Source: Klebsormidium nitens (taxonomy: Eukaryota > Plantae > Klebsormidiophyceae). Taken from it: a stretch of 64,000 nt of DNA. The position numbers were made by a program, and so were the translations under genes. The stretch covers positions 79,660 to 143,659 of the forward strand of contig DF237159.1 in the NCBI GenBank assembly GCA_000708835.1, written 5' to 3'. The notes below the pieces were generated by a model. That model had not been told where the DNA came from. It searched no databases and worked only from the letters and a program-made list of their open reading frames with translations. The first letter of the stretch is position 1; each line of letters opens with the position of its first letter. This document shows positions 35,701 to 48,545 of this stretch, piece by piece.

Positions 35701-38700
35701 CCGGTACGTCGTGATACACACGTGGAACGAATTCGGCTTACTCCACCCCTGCCGCTTCGCCTTGCGCTCCTTCGCCGACCCGAAATACGTCAGCACTTTG
35801 AACGCCGGGCACCATTTCTTGAGCTCCGTCTCCCAATTCAGCATCACGCTCGTCGGAACCACGATCAGGTGCGGGCCCCAGATGCCCTTCTCGCACGCGA
35901 GATACGCGAGCAACGCGATCGTCTGGATCGTCTTCCCGAGCCCCATCTCGTCCGCCAGGATTCCGTTTAACCGCTTCTCATACATTGTCACCAGCCAGTC
36001 GAGCCCGATGTGCTGGTACTCGCGCAGCGAGTGCTTCAGTAGAAACGGTACCTTGGTCCGGACTTGCGTCGTCGACAGAGTGTAGCCCGTCGGTTGGGCG
36101 GCCATTGCCGCGGCAGCCGCGTTTTTCAACCGGTCCTGACCCGACCCCTCGTCAAAGTCGTCCGCTTCCTCTTCTTCGACTTTGCCCGCGCTCTCTTTCG
36201 CCCCCCACTCTGCCAAACCCGTCACTTTACACCCCACCTCCGTTTCCGCAGCGTTCCTCCCCGTGTCTTTAGCCCCCCCTTCCGTAATTTTCGCTTTCCC
36301 CTCCGTCTTTTCAGCCCCCACCGCCTTCTCACTGACCGCGCCCTCCGCTTCGTTTTTCACCTCAATTTCCATAGCGTCACTCTCCTTCTCTTCAGCTCCC
36401 GTCTGGCCTTTTCTCAACTCCACTGCAGCCCCCTCAGGCTTCTCTTCGCTCCTTCCGGTATTCACTCCCCTCGCCTCCGCCTTCTCCCCTTCCGCTACAG
36501 ACGTTTCCCCAAGGTCTCGCACCCCCTGGTTCGTCTCTAGCCCTTTCCCGTCGTTTTCGGACCTCATCCCTTCCTCTTCCCGCTCACCCGCCTCCTTCTC
36601 AATAATTCCATTCCTTCCAGGCGCCGCCTTCTCCTCCGGAGACACCCCCCCGTCCTCCACAACCGTCCCCTCTTTCTCGCTAGCCTTCCGCCCCGCCTCT
36701 CGCCCATCTTCGTCCCCTCTAGAGCTCCTTTCCACGCCCACAATCCCCCCACTCCCTCCCCCTTCCTCCTCCACCCCACTCCGCATCTTGGCCCTCTCCC
36801 CCCTCTTCGCGGCAGCTCTTCGCACGGCTAACAAGCCCGCTTCCGTGTCCCCATCTTCCTCCCCCCCCCCCTCCCAAAAGCGCAGACACCCCAAGCACTT
36901 CCTCGTCTCCCCCCCCCTCTTTTCCCTCTGACTCCGCCCCCCCTTCCTCCTCGCTCTCGTCCGAGCTCCGGCCCCCCTCCCCGTCGTCAAATCCGTCTGG
37001 ACTGCCCCCCGAGGACAAATCCAAAAGCTCCCCCAAAGATGGACCTTCTGGGGGGGTCATTTCAGGGCTTGCCGGGACCCCTGGTCGCGGACCCTCTTCG
37101 ACGCCGCTCTCGGGGGACACCTCCGTGTGGTTGGGGACGTCTGACGGCTCGTCGTGATCGCTGGCTTCCGATTCTTCCTCCCCCGATCCGGACTCGTCTG
37201 CAAGCACAACGAGCCAGATCATTCGCGAGGTCAGCTCAAAAGTCGTGTCTGTTCTCCTGTCGGACGCAACGTGTTTCTCCAGAGAACTTATGGATTCTTT
37301 GAAAGACAGCCGCGTTAGAATCGGCCAGGGGACGTCCCCTTCCCTCCTTTTCCGAGAGTGCACCTTTTCGTATCAGTCAGCATTACTAACTATTGACCAG
37401 TCGCAACTTGAGCAGCAATATCTTAGACCCGTAGGCGTTGCTGAGACACGCACATGCAATTTCAACGCCGATACTCCAACCATCAATCGCGGAACATGAT
37501 GTTTCAGGATCTCTTGGCGCTGCTTTTTGCCAAAAGAGGAACATCTTGGCGGGTGTCCATAAATCCGTCAAGAGGTAGATCTCGGATTCTCAGCACGTTT
37601 GAGGAGAAGACAAACTTGAAGTATAATCTGGGCAGATTCTTCCCGCAAGGTCTCAAAAGAGTAAAGCCCCTTACAAAGCAACAAAAGGGCTTTGCCTCTT
37701 GGTACCAATCCCACGTACAGAGACTCTGCTTCCTTTGAGGGACGAAGCACTGCTTTCACCCACCTTCGGCCTGGCTGCTCCGCTCGCCAGAGCTCTCTTC
37801 TTCGGCGGACTCCTCGTCCCGCATGCCCTTGTAGCGGGCCAGCAGTTCCTCTACAGTGAGCTCGCTCTCCTGCTGTAGCATGGCCAACTCGTCATCGCCA
37901 CCTGTTCCAGACACGTGACTCACTTACACTTTTGCACAATCCAGCCAGCTTTGTCCGCTCTGGTATGCCACGTGACTGCCGCTTACGCGTCTGCTGCTCA
38001 ACTTAGCCTGCCACCAGTATGACACTCGCCTAAATTGCAGCAACGGGAATCTAGAAAGTTTCGAGGTGGACTCCAAAGTTCTGCTGTGGTATTGCCGCCG
38101 GTTCCAAACACGCCTCTGTACGCGTTTGCACAGTCCAGCCTCGTCCGCTGTAGATTGCCAACCGTCTGCTGCCTCAAGTAAAGCCCAGCCATCAGTGTAT
38201 CGCTAGCCCCAGGACAACGACAGCTGAAAGTCTATTAACCTCCAAAGCGAAAACGAAGCGTCGACTTCTTCTCCCAATTGTCCGCTTAGCTCACTGGTAG
38301 TCGGAGGACGGTTTCAGATCTCACTATGAGAATCCAGCCTTCGAAGCAAATGAGAAACGGAGTCACTGGGTGGTTATGGCAAATTAATGCGCTCCACTTC
38401 TGTCAGCAGCCATGTCGCTCAGAGCCACACTATCGTTACTCCTCCAACATAAGCAGGAAGGATTTAGTAAGCACTGAAGGAAACGACCAGGCAGCACGGC
38501 TCTTTCCTTTGCGGGTCCTCGATCCATCAGGTGGCCCCTGCCTTTTTCCCCAACCTACAAAACAACCAATTTTCGACTTCTACCCCCCCAACAGACGAAC
38601 TAGACAGAAGCCAAACTTACCAAGATCCCCGCTCTGCTGTGCCAGCTTCTCCTCTTCCTCAAGCGTCGCCTCGTCATCCCCCCCCTCGTCGTCCCCCTGA

Positions 38701-41700
38701 TACTCTTCTTCTTCGTCTTTGCCCCCGTCCATCACTTCTGAATGCTCCCGCTGCGCTGATGCTTTCACGGGCCGCCGCGCACGCTTCGGCCGGGGGGCGT
38801 TCACACCAGCCTCCCCGGCCTTGCGCTTGCGGGTGGGAACGGGCTCCGGGGTGTCGGAGTCTGAACGGCGGTCGGAAGAGTCCCGGAACTCGTCGTCGGT
38901 TTCCATGGCTGCAATTCAATCAGGGGTCCTTGAAGATTTTCAAGAAAAGGTCCTCGCAGGTTTAAGGTAAGAGGTCTAACTCAAACCCAAGGTGAGCAGC
39001 CCAACACGAGGCACAGGGTGCGAATCGCCAAACCCCTTGAAAAGTTGGTGGAGCAAGAATTACTCCCTGCTCGTTTACTAAGCAGTTTCAGATAAAAGAC
39101 CCAGGTGTTCTCCACGCTAGTTTGAAAATAGAAGACTTCTTCGTGAATTTGCAAAGCACCCTTTGCAAAGTGAGAAGATGCGGCAGCGGACCAATAGTTA
39201 CTTCAGATAGAGAAGGGACTCTCTTCTGCGTTCAAAAACAATGACATCGGATCATCTTTCTGAGCCATCGTAGATCTAAGCGGAAGCTTTTCGATAAGCG
39301 GTGCGGGATTGAGCGGCCCACCTTGGTACCTCCGCAGCAGCTCTTCAATGGGCAGTTCGCTTTCGGCCTTGAGGGCGTCCATTTCGTCCGCATACCCCGC
39401 CTCTTCCTCCGCGATCTCGGCCTCCAGCGTGCTTTCATCATCCTGCGCACAGGCAAGTAGGATTCACGAATTGGGGTTGGTGAGCCCTCTCTCAAGATGA
39501 CAAAGAAATAGTCCATCAATTTCGGCTCTGTTCACCTAAATGATTCAGTTCTTGGGGAATCTGCTTTGGAGGGAAGCTTCATGAGGAAGTTATTAAGAGC
39601 GGCTTGTGGCCCGATTTGAACATTTTGGGCATCATTTCAAGCTGCCTCCTCCATATCGCAAAGATTCCATCTCTACCAAAACGCGACCACTGCATGACGC
39701 GGGCAGTCCAGGCTAGTCACCATTTTACTTTGTCCCCAACACTGCGAGGTCTTTCAGCGAAAACACCCGGATGCGGCATGCACAACATCCACTCCACTCG
39801 AATCAGATCAGCGATTATAGAATTCACTTACAGAAGCTTTTCCTGAGCTAACCGTTGCTCACCAGCTTTGGGCGTTACTGAAAATCGTCACACTTACCTC
39901 TTCTTGCTCGTCTTCCCCCACTTCAAAGTCATCGTCGCCATCCGCATGCGCCACCCTCCCCCCCCCTTCAGAACGCCCCTGCTTCGCCCCCCCGTCAGCC
40001 ACCGCCTCATGAGCTCCTCCATCATCCCCCCCTTCTTGCTGCTTCGCCTCTTCTTCCCCGCTCCACATGTCCAGACTCCCATTCGTCAGCGCGAGCCTCG
40101 ACTTTCCAGGCTTTCCGCTAGCTTCGACCCTGCCTCCGGAACCTCTAGCCGGTCCCTGCTCGTCCCCGGACCCTCTAGACGTCCCCTGCTCTGCCTCCGC
40201 CCCAGCGGAACCTTTAGACGTCCCCGTGCCGGGCCGCCCCTGGAGGTCTGCCGCCAGCATGGTAGAATAGCGCTCCGTCTGGCCCACGAGAAAGTCCAAG
40301 TGCTTGTCCAGCGCCTTCTTCTTCGTTTCCTCCGCAAGAGCGCTGTGCTTATACTGCACCAGCTTCTCGATCTTCACCCAGAACTTGCGCACCTCCTTCG
40401 CGATCCCGCTCGCCAGTTTGCGCACCCGCGACTCCTCGTCCCGCACTCTCTTCTGGTCCCGCGCCTCCACGTCTAGTTGCACCTTGCTCGCTTTGAGCGC
40501 CCACCGTTTCGCCTGGCCCAGCTTCCACCTCCGTTCTTTCTCAAAGTCCTTAGCGAGCCACGTCATCTCCGCCAGCAAATGCTCCCAGTGCGACTTCCCC
40601 GCAACCGCCCCAGCAGGCAACGGTCTCGGGGGCTCCGTGCTAGGCTGTATCTTTCCCCCCAGAGCGATCACCGCCTGCCGCTGCAGAATTTCGTTTGCGC
40701 GCGCCATGATTTCCGCGTCCGTTTTCAGCTTCTCCCTCACTGACGGGCGGGGCTTTGCACTGGCGCTCTTGACTGGGGGGACGTAATTGCCTAGGAGCTC
40801 AACCAAGTCGCCCGCGCTTCCTGCCTCGTCCGCACTCATCCCGAAGCTTGCGGATTGTGGCCGCAGTTTGCTGCCCCCTCGCGCCTGTCCACTCACAAAC
40901 CCCTTCTTCTTCTTTCTCTTCTTCCCATCAGCCAGTCTGTCCTCTCCCCTTGTCTTGAGGCCATCTTCCCTTGACTGCAATTCTCCCTTCTCCAACGAGG
41001 CCCCAAACTCCGACTCAGACTCTGTCATCCCCGCTTGCTCGTCCTGCTTCTGTACGTCCGCCAACTCTCTACTCTCTGGAAAACTTTCCTCATCCATGAG
41101 CACAGCACTCCCCCCGCCGGTCTCACCTCCTTCAGGACCCTTCCGCCCCTGCAAGTGCTTCCGCTTGATCCTGATCTCGATCTTGGGAGGCTCTCCGTCT
41201 CGCGGCCGCTTCCGCTTCTTCCCCGGGGGCCGCTCGCCCTGCCGCAACGACGCCCCCTGGGCGCCTCCTCCGTCCCCGGGGGATCGGGACCCCCCCAAAC
41301 CACCCCCGGACGGCGGACTCACAATCCGCACCCTCAACTTCGGCCTGTCCTTCCTCTCTGCCCCCATGAGATCATGCACGGAGCGCACCCGAGGCCCCTT
41401 TCTGTCCAGATCTCCGTCCACACCCTGCCCTGACCCGTCAACCGCAATGCTCCCTTTCCTGGAAGCTCTCCCCTGGCAATCCCCATGCCTCCCACTTCCG
41501 CCGTCTCGCTTCTGCCTCCCAGTCTCCATCTTAAGACCCTCATCTCCCTCACTCTCCAGATCTGTCTCATCGTCAGGCTTGACCGTGGCCCTCGCAAGCC
41601 CTTGCCGCCTCGGCGTCTCTGAAACCCTCGGTTTCGCATCCGAACCTTCACCTGCGAGTCCCCGCATCCCTTGCTTCAGATTGAAGCGGACAACCATACT

Positions 41701-42249
41701 CGGATCCCTGGGGCTCCCCCCCTGGGGCTTCGGAGACGCAGGCAGCGCCAGGCAGGCCTCCTTAGTGGACTGCAACCGGGGGGTCCCAACCGGGCTCCGC
41801 GGCCCCCCCTGCCGCCCAGGGGATTGCCACCGGGGGGAGCCAACCGGGCTTCGCGGCGTAAGCCGCTTTCCAGGGGGGCTGCCGTTGCTCTTCCCTGCAC
41901 CCCCCTGGGAAGCGGCATTCAGGTCCAAGGCCGGAAGCGCTGCATTCCGATTGGTGGGGCCCGCCTTCCGAAGCGCTAATCGCAGCTGGCGGGGGGACTT
42001 CGGCTCCTGTCTCGACCGCGTGCTCCGGCCTACACCCCCCTGAAGGCCAGCCTGTCCTAGGGCCTGGAGCTCAGACTTGCCAACCCTCCGCCTGGTCTTA
42101 CTTTCGCCCCCCTTGTTTTGCTCTTCCATGTTCTGCTTCTTCCGGCTCCGCTTTTGTTCGCGGAGGGGGGACTCGGAGTCCAAGATTATGATTTCACCTT
42201 GGCCGGTGGCCCCGGCACTTGCGTGATTGGTGCCACCGCTTGAATCCAT
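20740..42249 (-). CDS. PIE1: SWR1/PIE1/SRCAP-type Snf2-family H2A.Z-deposition ATPase (HSA, split SNF2_N/HELICc, SANT/Myb-like, long low-complexity termini), multi-exon
   Basis: Exon 1 39898-42249 has the HSA region (HWEHLLAEMTWLAKDFEKERRWK...LDKHLDFLVGQTERYSTML). SNF2_N exon ends at 35555 (LREYQHIGLDWL, GILADEMGLGKTIQTI, LILDEAHMIKN, LLTG). Also present: TPLQNDLMELWSL (~34865-35005), LHSILRPFLLRRLK (~34130-34370), CNHPDLFEGRPI (33373), HELICc exon 30914-31836 ([53 protein letters not shown]), SANT-like WKHAEDVIL...EQCRERY (~25655-25815), and terminal exon ending TGA at 20740. Confidence 0.96.
28720..29180 (-). repeat. Triplicated acceptor/exon-start segment of a PIE1 exon (real exon plus two ghosts)
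   Basis: GCTTG(T/C)TCC(G/A)T motif at 28790 (real), 28957 and 29123. Copy 2 retains TCGTC(G/A)TCCACTTCCGCTTCTTGTTG(G/C)TCCTGTAAG almost exactly. Confidence 0.85.
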
Positions 42250-44309
42250 GGCGAGTCTGCTGGAGGGTCAGGAGCTAAACCCTCGAGCGCTTTGCTAAAC
42301 CCATACTGACCAGGGCTAGCTGTCGAACTCCGCCAGTCGTCTTAGGGGCGCCAGGTATCTAGGGCCCTGCAGCCAGCAAGTAAGCTGGGAAATTGAGCAC
42401 AGAAGCTGAAAGTCCACTCAAAGGGACAAAACCATCACATGCCCAGAGTGATATGTGTAGGGACCAGAGATGGATAGCATAGGCTATGCAGATTTTAGCG
42501 GTCACCTGTCCAACGATCACCCCATTTTCTCCTGCACCTTTTTGTGAAGAATCTCAATGAACTTGATTGCAGCAGGTCAAAAAAACTCACAAAAGAAACC
42601 CCATCATAAAAGGTCATGGCACCACGCTTCCACATGAAAGGACTCGTAGGGGGTTAGGTCAAACTTCGAAGATGAAACTCTCAAGCCAAGAAATGCTCAC
42701 AAGTATTCTGGACTTCCAAAACTCTGCAGTAAACAAGATCCAATTGAATGTAACGCGTGCAAGTTTGTCCATCTGAATGGAGACAAGTCACCAGCACAAA
42801 CCTTTGCGGTGCCAATGCTGACAACAACGGCCCTCTTTTCCAGGTGTGCAAGTCGGAGTACAGAACTTGCCGGGCAATTACGTGCCAAGTCATTCCACCT
42901 GACTTAGCTGCCCTATGCAGAGGCCGATTGCCAGGGCACGTAAAAGCCATGAAAACGCTTAGCATGTGCATAGAAATGCTGCAATCCTCCAAACCTCCAA
43001 CTTAGTGACGTTCGCTGCAGTCAAAGGTGCCCGCACACTAGAACCTTAAAGTTCGCAGGGCCATGTTCCCATTGCACAACCACCACTGCTTTGTCTAATT
43101 GATGGTCAAAAGGTCCACACATAATCTTTGAAAGGCTTCTCACCAGAGACGTCAGCACATCCTCGCCTTTTTCAACCACGGTAAGGTCAGTATCCTGTCT
43201 GTATCATTTACAAAGCCCTCACCAGCTAGTTTGAGCTCTGAATTCAATTGTAAGTCCAGAAGCACTGGCAACACTGGCAACTCACTTCGCCTCCCGTCTT
43301 TGAAACCTGCCTGACATTGCCAGCCTCTGCTTCTGATCTAAAGTCCGCCTTCAGACGGAAGAGGAGATGGCTGCGGGCCTTTTAAGCCCTCCAGCCTCAG
43401 GGATACGGGTGGCCGATCTCCCCTGCTCTACAGACACATAATGTGACATAATGATGTCAGTGTGGCCCGGGCTGGGGCGACTCAAACTATGCACACCGTC
43501 AGATGTGATTTCCACGGCTTCGATGAGTTCATTCTACGAGCGAAGGGTCGGAAGACAGTCCGAGTCTCTGAGCTAGTTGCTTGACACTGAAACAATCACA
43601 ACCACAACGTCGAAATTTGACGAAGGTTCCGTATCTGGTCGACAAGGATGCTGGTGTCAATTGCCTACAATGGAGCACTGGCACCACGATCATCGGATGA
43701 AAGCTACTAACGGTACGTTGTTTTTGGCGACGGTGTAAGGCGAGTCTCGACTACCTACAGCGCGCACGCCGCACGGTACCGTTGAGAAGTGCTCATGAGT
43801 CCGATCATGGTCGCCGTAAGCACTTTCAAAGGACGATAGCATGAATCATAGCAAACGAATCGGACGGTCGCAAGAGAGTCCGTCCACCTGATGCGTTGGT
43901 TCCGTGGTTGTCGGGCGTGGTTTAGTGTGCCCAAATACCGCTACCAACCGGGGGACTCCTCTGTCCACTGGATCCCGATTCTCAAGAGCTATCCAACCCT
44001 GTCAATGCTCAAGCCGGTGGATGTTACCGGGGGGATCCATGGGTTAAAAGGATAAGCAGGTTTCTGGCGGGAACCTCCGGAGCTTGCAAAGCGGTTGGGC
44101 TAGGGCAGGCTTTGCCTGACAGGTGGCTTTCGCCTCGTGGTCTGTCCAGCTCAATGCTCGTTTGCTGATTCGTCAGATTCCTTTGCGCCTTTCCTTCAGA
44201 AACGCTTCCAAGCTTTCTTTGGCTGCCATCGTCGTTCAAGTTGCCCTTTTTACATTCCGGCGCAGTCTTCCAAGTTTCTACTTGAAAGAAACCTGTGGTC
44301 ATCAGCAAA
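42250..44309. promoter_or_regulatory. Head-to-head intergenic region between PIE1 (-) and 14-3-3 (+); includes 5' UTRs and probable promoters
   Basis: Divergent start codons at 42249 and 44310. No specific cis-element can be firmly assigned. Confidence 0.5.
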
Positions 44310-47300
44310 ATGGCGCTGGCGGAGAGCAGAGAAAACTATGTCTATAGCGCCAAATTGGCTGAGCAGGCGGAACGATATGATGGTAAGTTTGCTTCTCTTG
44401 GTTGATACTGATGTTTTGTGTGACCTTGGTATCAATCAATTATGGGCCCCTTAAAGTCACAAAGGCTGGTCATTCATTCGGGTCAATTGCTCTTTTGATG
44501 GAGAGTCAACAATCTGGAACGCACTTCTCCGCCTGTTATCATCTCACATCAGCAAACTTCTACTGCTGTGTTGTAATGACCACATTTGTACCAGAAAAGG
44601 GGCATTAAAAAAGTTTGCCTTTGAGTTCTGCATGCATACTTCTGATTGGAAAATAGGGGCAAGGAGCAATTGGCCTCACATTCTAGAGAGTCCTTTGAGA
44701 AGGCCCTTTGTTTCTCAGTAGAATGAATGAGCTTTTTGTAATACCGGTCGTTTGTCCCATGACTGTATGTCCTGAACCCATTGAGGGTTAAAGCAGGGTT
44801 TAATGATTGCACATCTTTGCCCTGGAAATGGAGCTAGGTTTCCAGCAGAGTGAAGGCAAGCTTGCATGTTATGTGAGAGAGTCGGTGACAAAGCAAAATT
44901 GAGCTGCTTACAAGTAGACAATATGCTTTAAAAGCATGCCTCGCAGCCAAGCACGCGCCAATTTCTCCAACCGTGCAATCTGTTTCAGAGCTCTCTCTCT
45001 GTTTCCAAAATGGTCTAGGAAGTCAAAGCTGCCAGTCGAACATACATTGGCTGCTGATGTATGGCCTCAAAGCAGCTTCTGCATTTGCTGCTGTATCAGT
45101 TTGAATCTGCAACCTTTACCGCAGGAGCAGAGGCATTTGCCTCGTTGTCTTAGCTCCCGAGATACTGCAGACAATTTCCTGGTCAAAGGGTTTTGCTTTC
45201 TGTATGTACTGCACAATTCAAGGGGGTCCATCTTAGCAAACCAATGCTTCCAGGCTCATTTGACGGTCCACAGTCGACCATATGGGGTAAAGACCGGACT
45301 GGTAGCTGGTAGCTTCTGATATCCACCTAGGCACGACTGTCAAGTGGTCTCAACGTTGTGCAAGTCTCTGGCCTATGAGTGATCTGGCCTTTCTGCAGAG
45401 TGTCCTGTAACACAAGGCACAATGTGTCCAGGTTGTTTGCATAGTTGAGAAGGATATATGACCCCTTCAGAGACTGAACAACCTCCATCAGGTCTTCGTT
45501 AGCTGGGCAACAGTTTCCACCTTGTTTCTGGTTGCATTTTTCAAGGAGTGGAGTGGCACCTCACTTCAAGTGCGACAGGAAGCGATTGTTGGGAGATTTG
45601 CTACCAGGTTGTTTTGAAGTGCCCTAGTCGTGCTCTTGTTACGCTCTGTGTCACCTCTGATCTTGAAATTGCAGAACGAATGCCGTCTTGGTACGATGAC
45701 TTCCTTGCAGAGAAGAGTAAGGTTCTTATGGATTGAGGATATTCTGATCAGCAGCAACTAGTATGCGCACTCTGATCATTTTCATGAAATTCTGACCCTC
45801 TGCGCTTTATCCATCTCAGCCCGAGTTGGCCAGAATCATGAAGAAAGGCGGTTCAGCTTGTTTTTGCCAGTATTTCCTCCACCAGTTTGCTTGAGACTTG
45901 TATTGAACACAGTGGTTAACCAATTAATTATCTGTAAGAGACGAAATTCATGAAGAGGGTTGCAAAGTTCCCGTAATGTATCCTATTCGGTGTTTGACAG
46001 AAGCATCATACTTTCAGAAGACACCAAAAAGAAAGTCTAAACATGAATCACCTAGAATTAGAATTAAAGAGACGCCGTTTGCTTCTGCAGAGATGGTGGA
46101 GGCCATGAAGAAGGTGGCCAAGCTAGACGTGGAGCTGACGGTCGAGGAGCGGAATCTCCTGTCAGTAGGGTACAAGAATGTTATCGGCGCACGGCGAGCA
46201 TCATGGAGGATCATGTCCTCAATTGAGCAGAAAGAGGACAACAAGGGAAACGAGACCAACGTGAAGAGGATCAAGGAGTACCGGCACAAGGTCGAGACAG
46301 AGCTTTCAAACATCTGCAATGACATCCTAACCATCATCGACGAGAATCTGATTCCCTCATCAGACACGGGCGAGTCAAAAGTCTTCTACTACAAGATGTG
46401 AGCACAACCTTTCTCTCAACCATTTTTCGTGTTGCACTTATCTCTACATTTCTTCCGTTCTGTTGCTAGATCTCTTTGTAATAGCAGGCTAGCACTCCCA
46501 ATTGATTGGTGGAGGAGCGAGAAATTGCATGTGACACTTGCTGTCCTGCCATTTCACGGGGGCCAGTTTCTGACTGCGAATCTATTGAGTGCAATGCTCA
46601 TACCTACTTCAGGTTCAGACATGGCTGTTGAAGCTATCAATATTCTGATGTGGTGATACCTGCCCAGCGCAGTGGTTGGTTTGCTAGGCCCCATTGTGCC
46701 AACATGCAAACAAAACCAGAAACCGTTCCTTGTCAGTAAGAAGTTACCCGCTGCTCTCCAATGAACTTTGCAGCAAACCGGACCTCCTAGTGCAGGATTG
46801 ACCATGGATGTAAAGGATGCCTTCAATCCTTTGGGGCGCACTTTCTGTCCTTGCATTGCTCAAGTTGAGTCCTCTCTGATTGAGAATGTTCCAGTCACAT
46901 CACGCGCCCTTTGCCTGCAGGAAGGGAGACTACTACCGGTATTTGGCTGAGTTCAAGAGCGGGAACGAGCGCAAGGAGGCCGCTGAGAACTCCCTAGGGG
47001 CTTACAAGGTGCGATCGACGCCCACCCTGCTTCACATCTCGTGTTCCAATCTCATAGATATGAGAAAGCGGCATCGAAACCAGATTTCAGGGTCTTATGA
47101 TCTGGTCGGAAGTGCTGTTCGAGTTCACTGCAGTATTTACTTTTTAAGGAACATGGGATGCTGTGGCAGTGTCTTGAGCCAGGCAGGTTGATTGAGGATC
47201 CAAAAGTAAGAATACATGCAACCTAAGAAAAGGGCGCCTCGTAGGTAAACACTGAAGGACTACACAATGCATTATAAAGGTTGGAGTTTCATTAAGTGAG

Positions 47301-48545
47301 TTAATTAACCATGTGACCTCATTAACGATGTCATGAACCCTTTGTCTTTTGTAGATTCAAACTGCCTTCCAGATTGCCTAAGTGGACCTCCTCTTCCACA
47401 TCCCACATTTCAGCATGCTGGGCTGGCCCTTAACTCCTCTCCTTTTTACGCCTCATAGCCATTCTAGAAACGCTAACCACGTTCTAAACCTCTTTTCTGC
47501 GTGCCTTTCCAGGCTGCCTCAGAGATCGCCCAGGTGGACCTCCCCCCCACCCACCCCATCAGGCTGGGCCTGGCCCTCAACTTCTCCGTCTTCTACTACG
47601 AGATTCTGAACTCACCCGAAAGGTGAGGCTGGCGGCTCTGATGGTATCTCGAAACTAGAATGTCCTCCCCCTTGGAAGTTCTGCGTTGAAGGGTTTATTA
47701 TGGGGTCAAGGGTTTCTCGTTTTCGAAGCAGAGAATCTGCTGGGGTTAGAAGGGGGTTACTCGCTAAAGTTTCGATCTCGGTCAACGTGGTCAACCCGGT
47801 AAGGGTTTCGGCAAATAGGATCACGAATAAAAATGCCTTGCCGTTTTATGAACATGTCATGTCAATAAGGGAGGCAAAGATTCTTGTGTGTCGCAAGGCT
47901 TTGGATGGTGCTTGCTTAGGAAGCCTAAGTGCAGATGCCCTCTCACTATCCTCACTTGCTGGCCTGGAAGAACTCGTCGTTGCTAGCAGGTCTTAGTGTA
48001 GGAATGCTACCAGATGATCTCACTCAATGTTTCTGATTGGAAAATCAAATCGTAATCCAAAGATACCCTTTTTCTCATGGTGCCAGCTGGCAACCAGGCG
48101 TTTGACGAGGCGATCGTGCATCTGGACACACACATACTTACTTCGATCTCTCCAAAAAGAAGGAACACTCAACTGGCCCGTCCCCCGTTCTTCTAGGGCG
48201 TGCAACCTGGAAAGCATGTGTTTGACAAGGCGAATGCGCAGCTGGACACACAACGCAAACACGACAACTCCCCCGACTAAGAAAATGTGTGGAAGTTAAC
48301 CCGCCATCCCCGTTTCTTCCAGGGCGTGCCACCTGGCAAAGCAGGCGTTTGACGAGGCGATTGCGGAGCTGGACACGCTGAGCGAGGAGTCGTACAAGGA
48401 CAGCACGCTCATCATGCAGCTGCTCAGGGATAACCTCACGTTGTGGACGTCGGACCTGCAAGAGGATGCCGGCGATCAGGCCGCCAATGCCGCTGCCGGA
48501 GGGGAGGGCGCCGCGGCTGAGCCTGAGGGCAAGCCCGCTCAATAG
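44310..48545 (+). CDS. GRF: 14-3-3 protein (general regulatory factor), exons 44310-44382, 46091-46397, 46921-47008, 47513-47622, 48323-48545
   Basis: [24 protein letters not shown]|[41 protein letters not shown]...KVFYYKM|[11 protein letters not shown]...AYK|AASEIA...[26 protein letters not shown]|[44 protein letters not shown]. All introns are GT-AG with matching phases. Confidence 0.98.
48080..48380 (+). repeat. Two degenerate copies of the last-exon acceptor junction of 14-3-3 inside the last intron
   Basis: GTTTGAC(G/A)AGGCGA...CTGGACAC at 48100, 48220 and 48347 (real). The 48190 copy keeps TTCTAG|GGCGTGCAACCTGG. Confidence 0.85.

Noticed and set aside
43420-43900. Possible snoRNA/snRNA in the PIE1-14-3-3 intergenic region (TGATG/CTGA words, short hairpin GGACGG...CCGTCC)
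   Set aside because: No complete C/D or H/ACA architecture or recognisable snRNA sequence.
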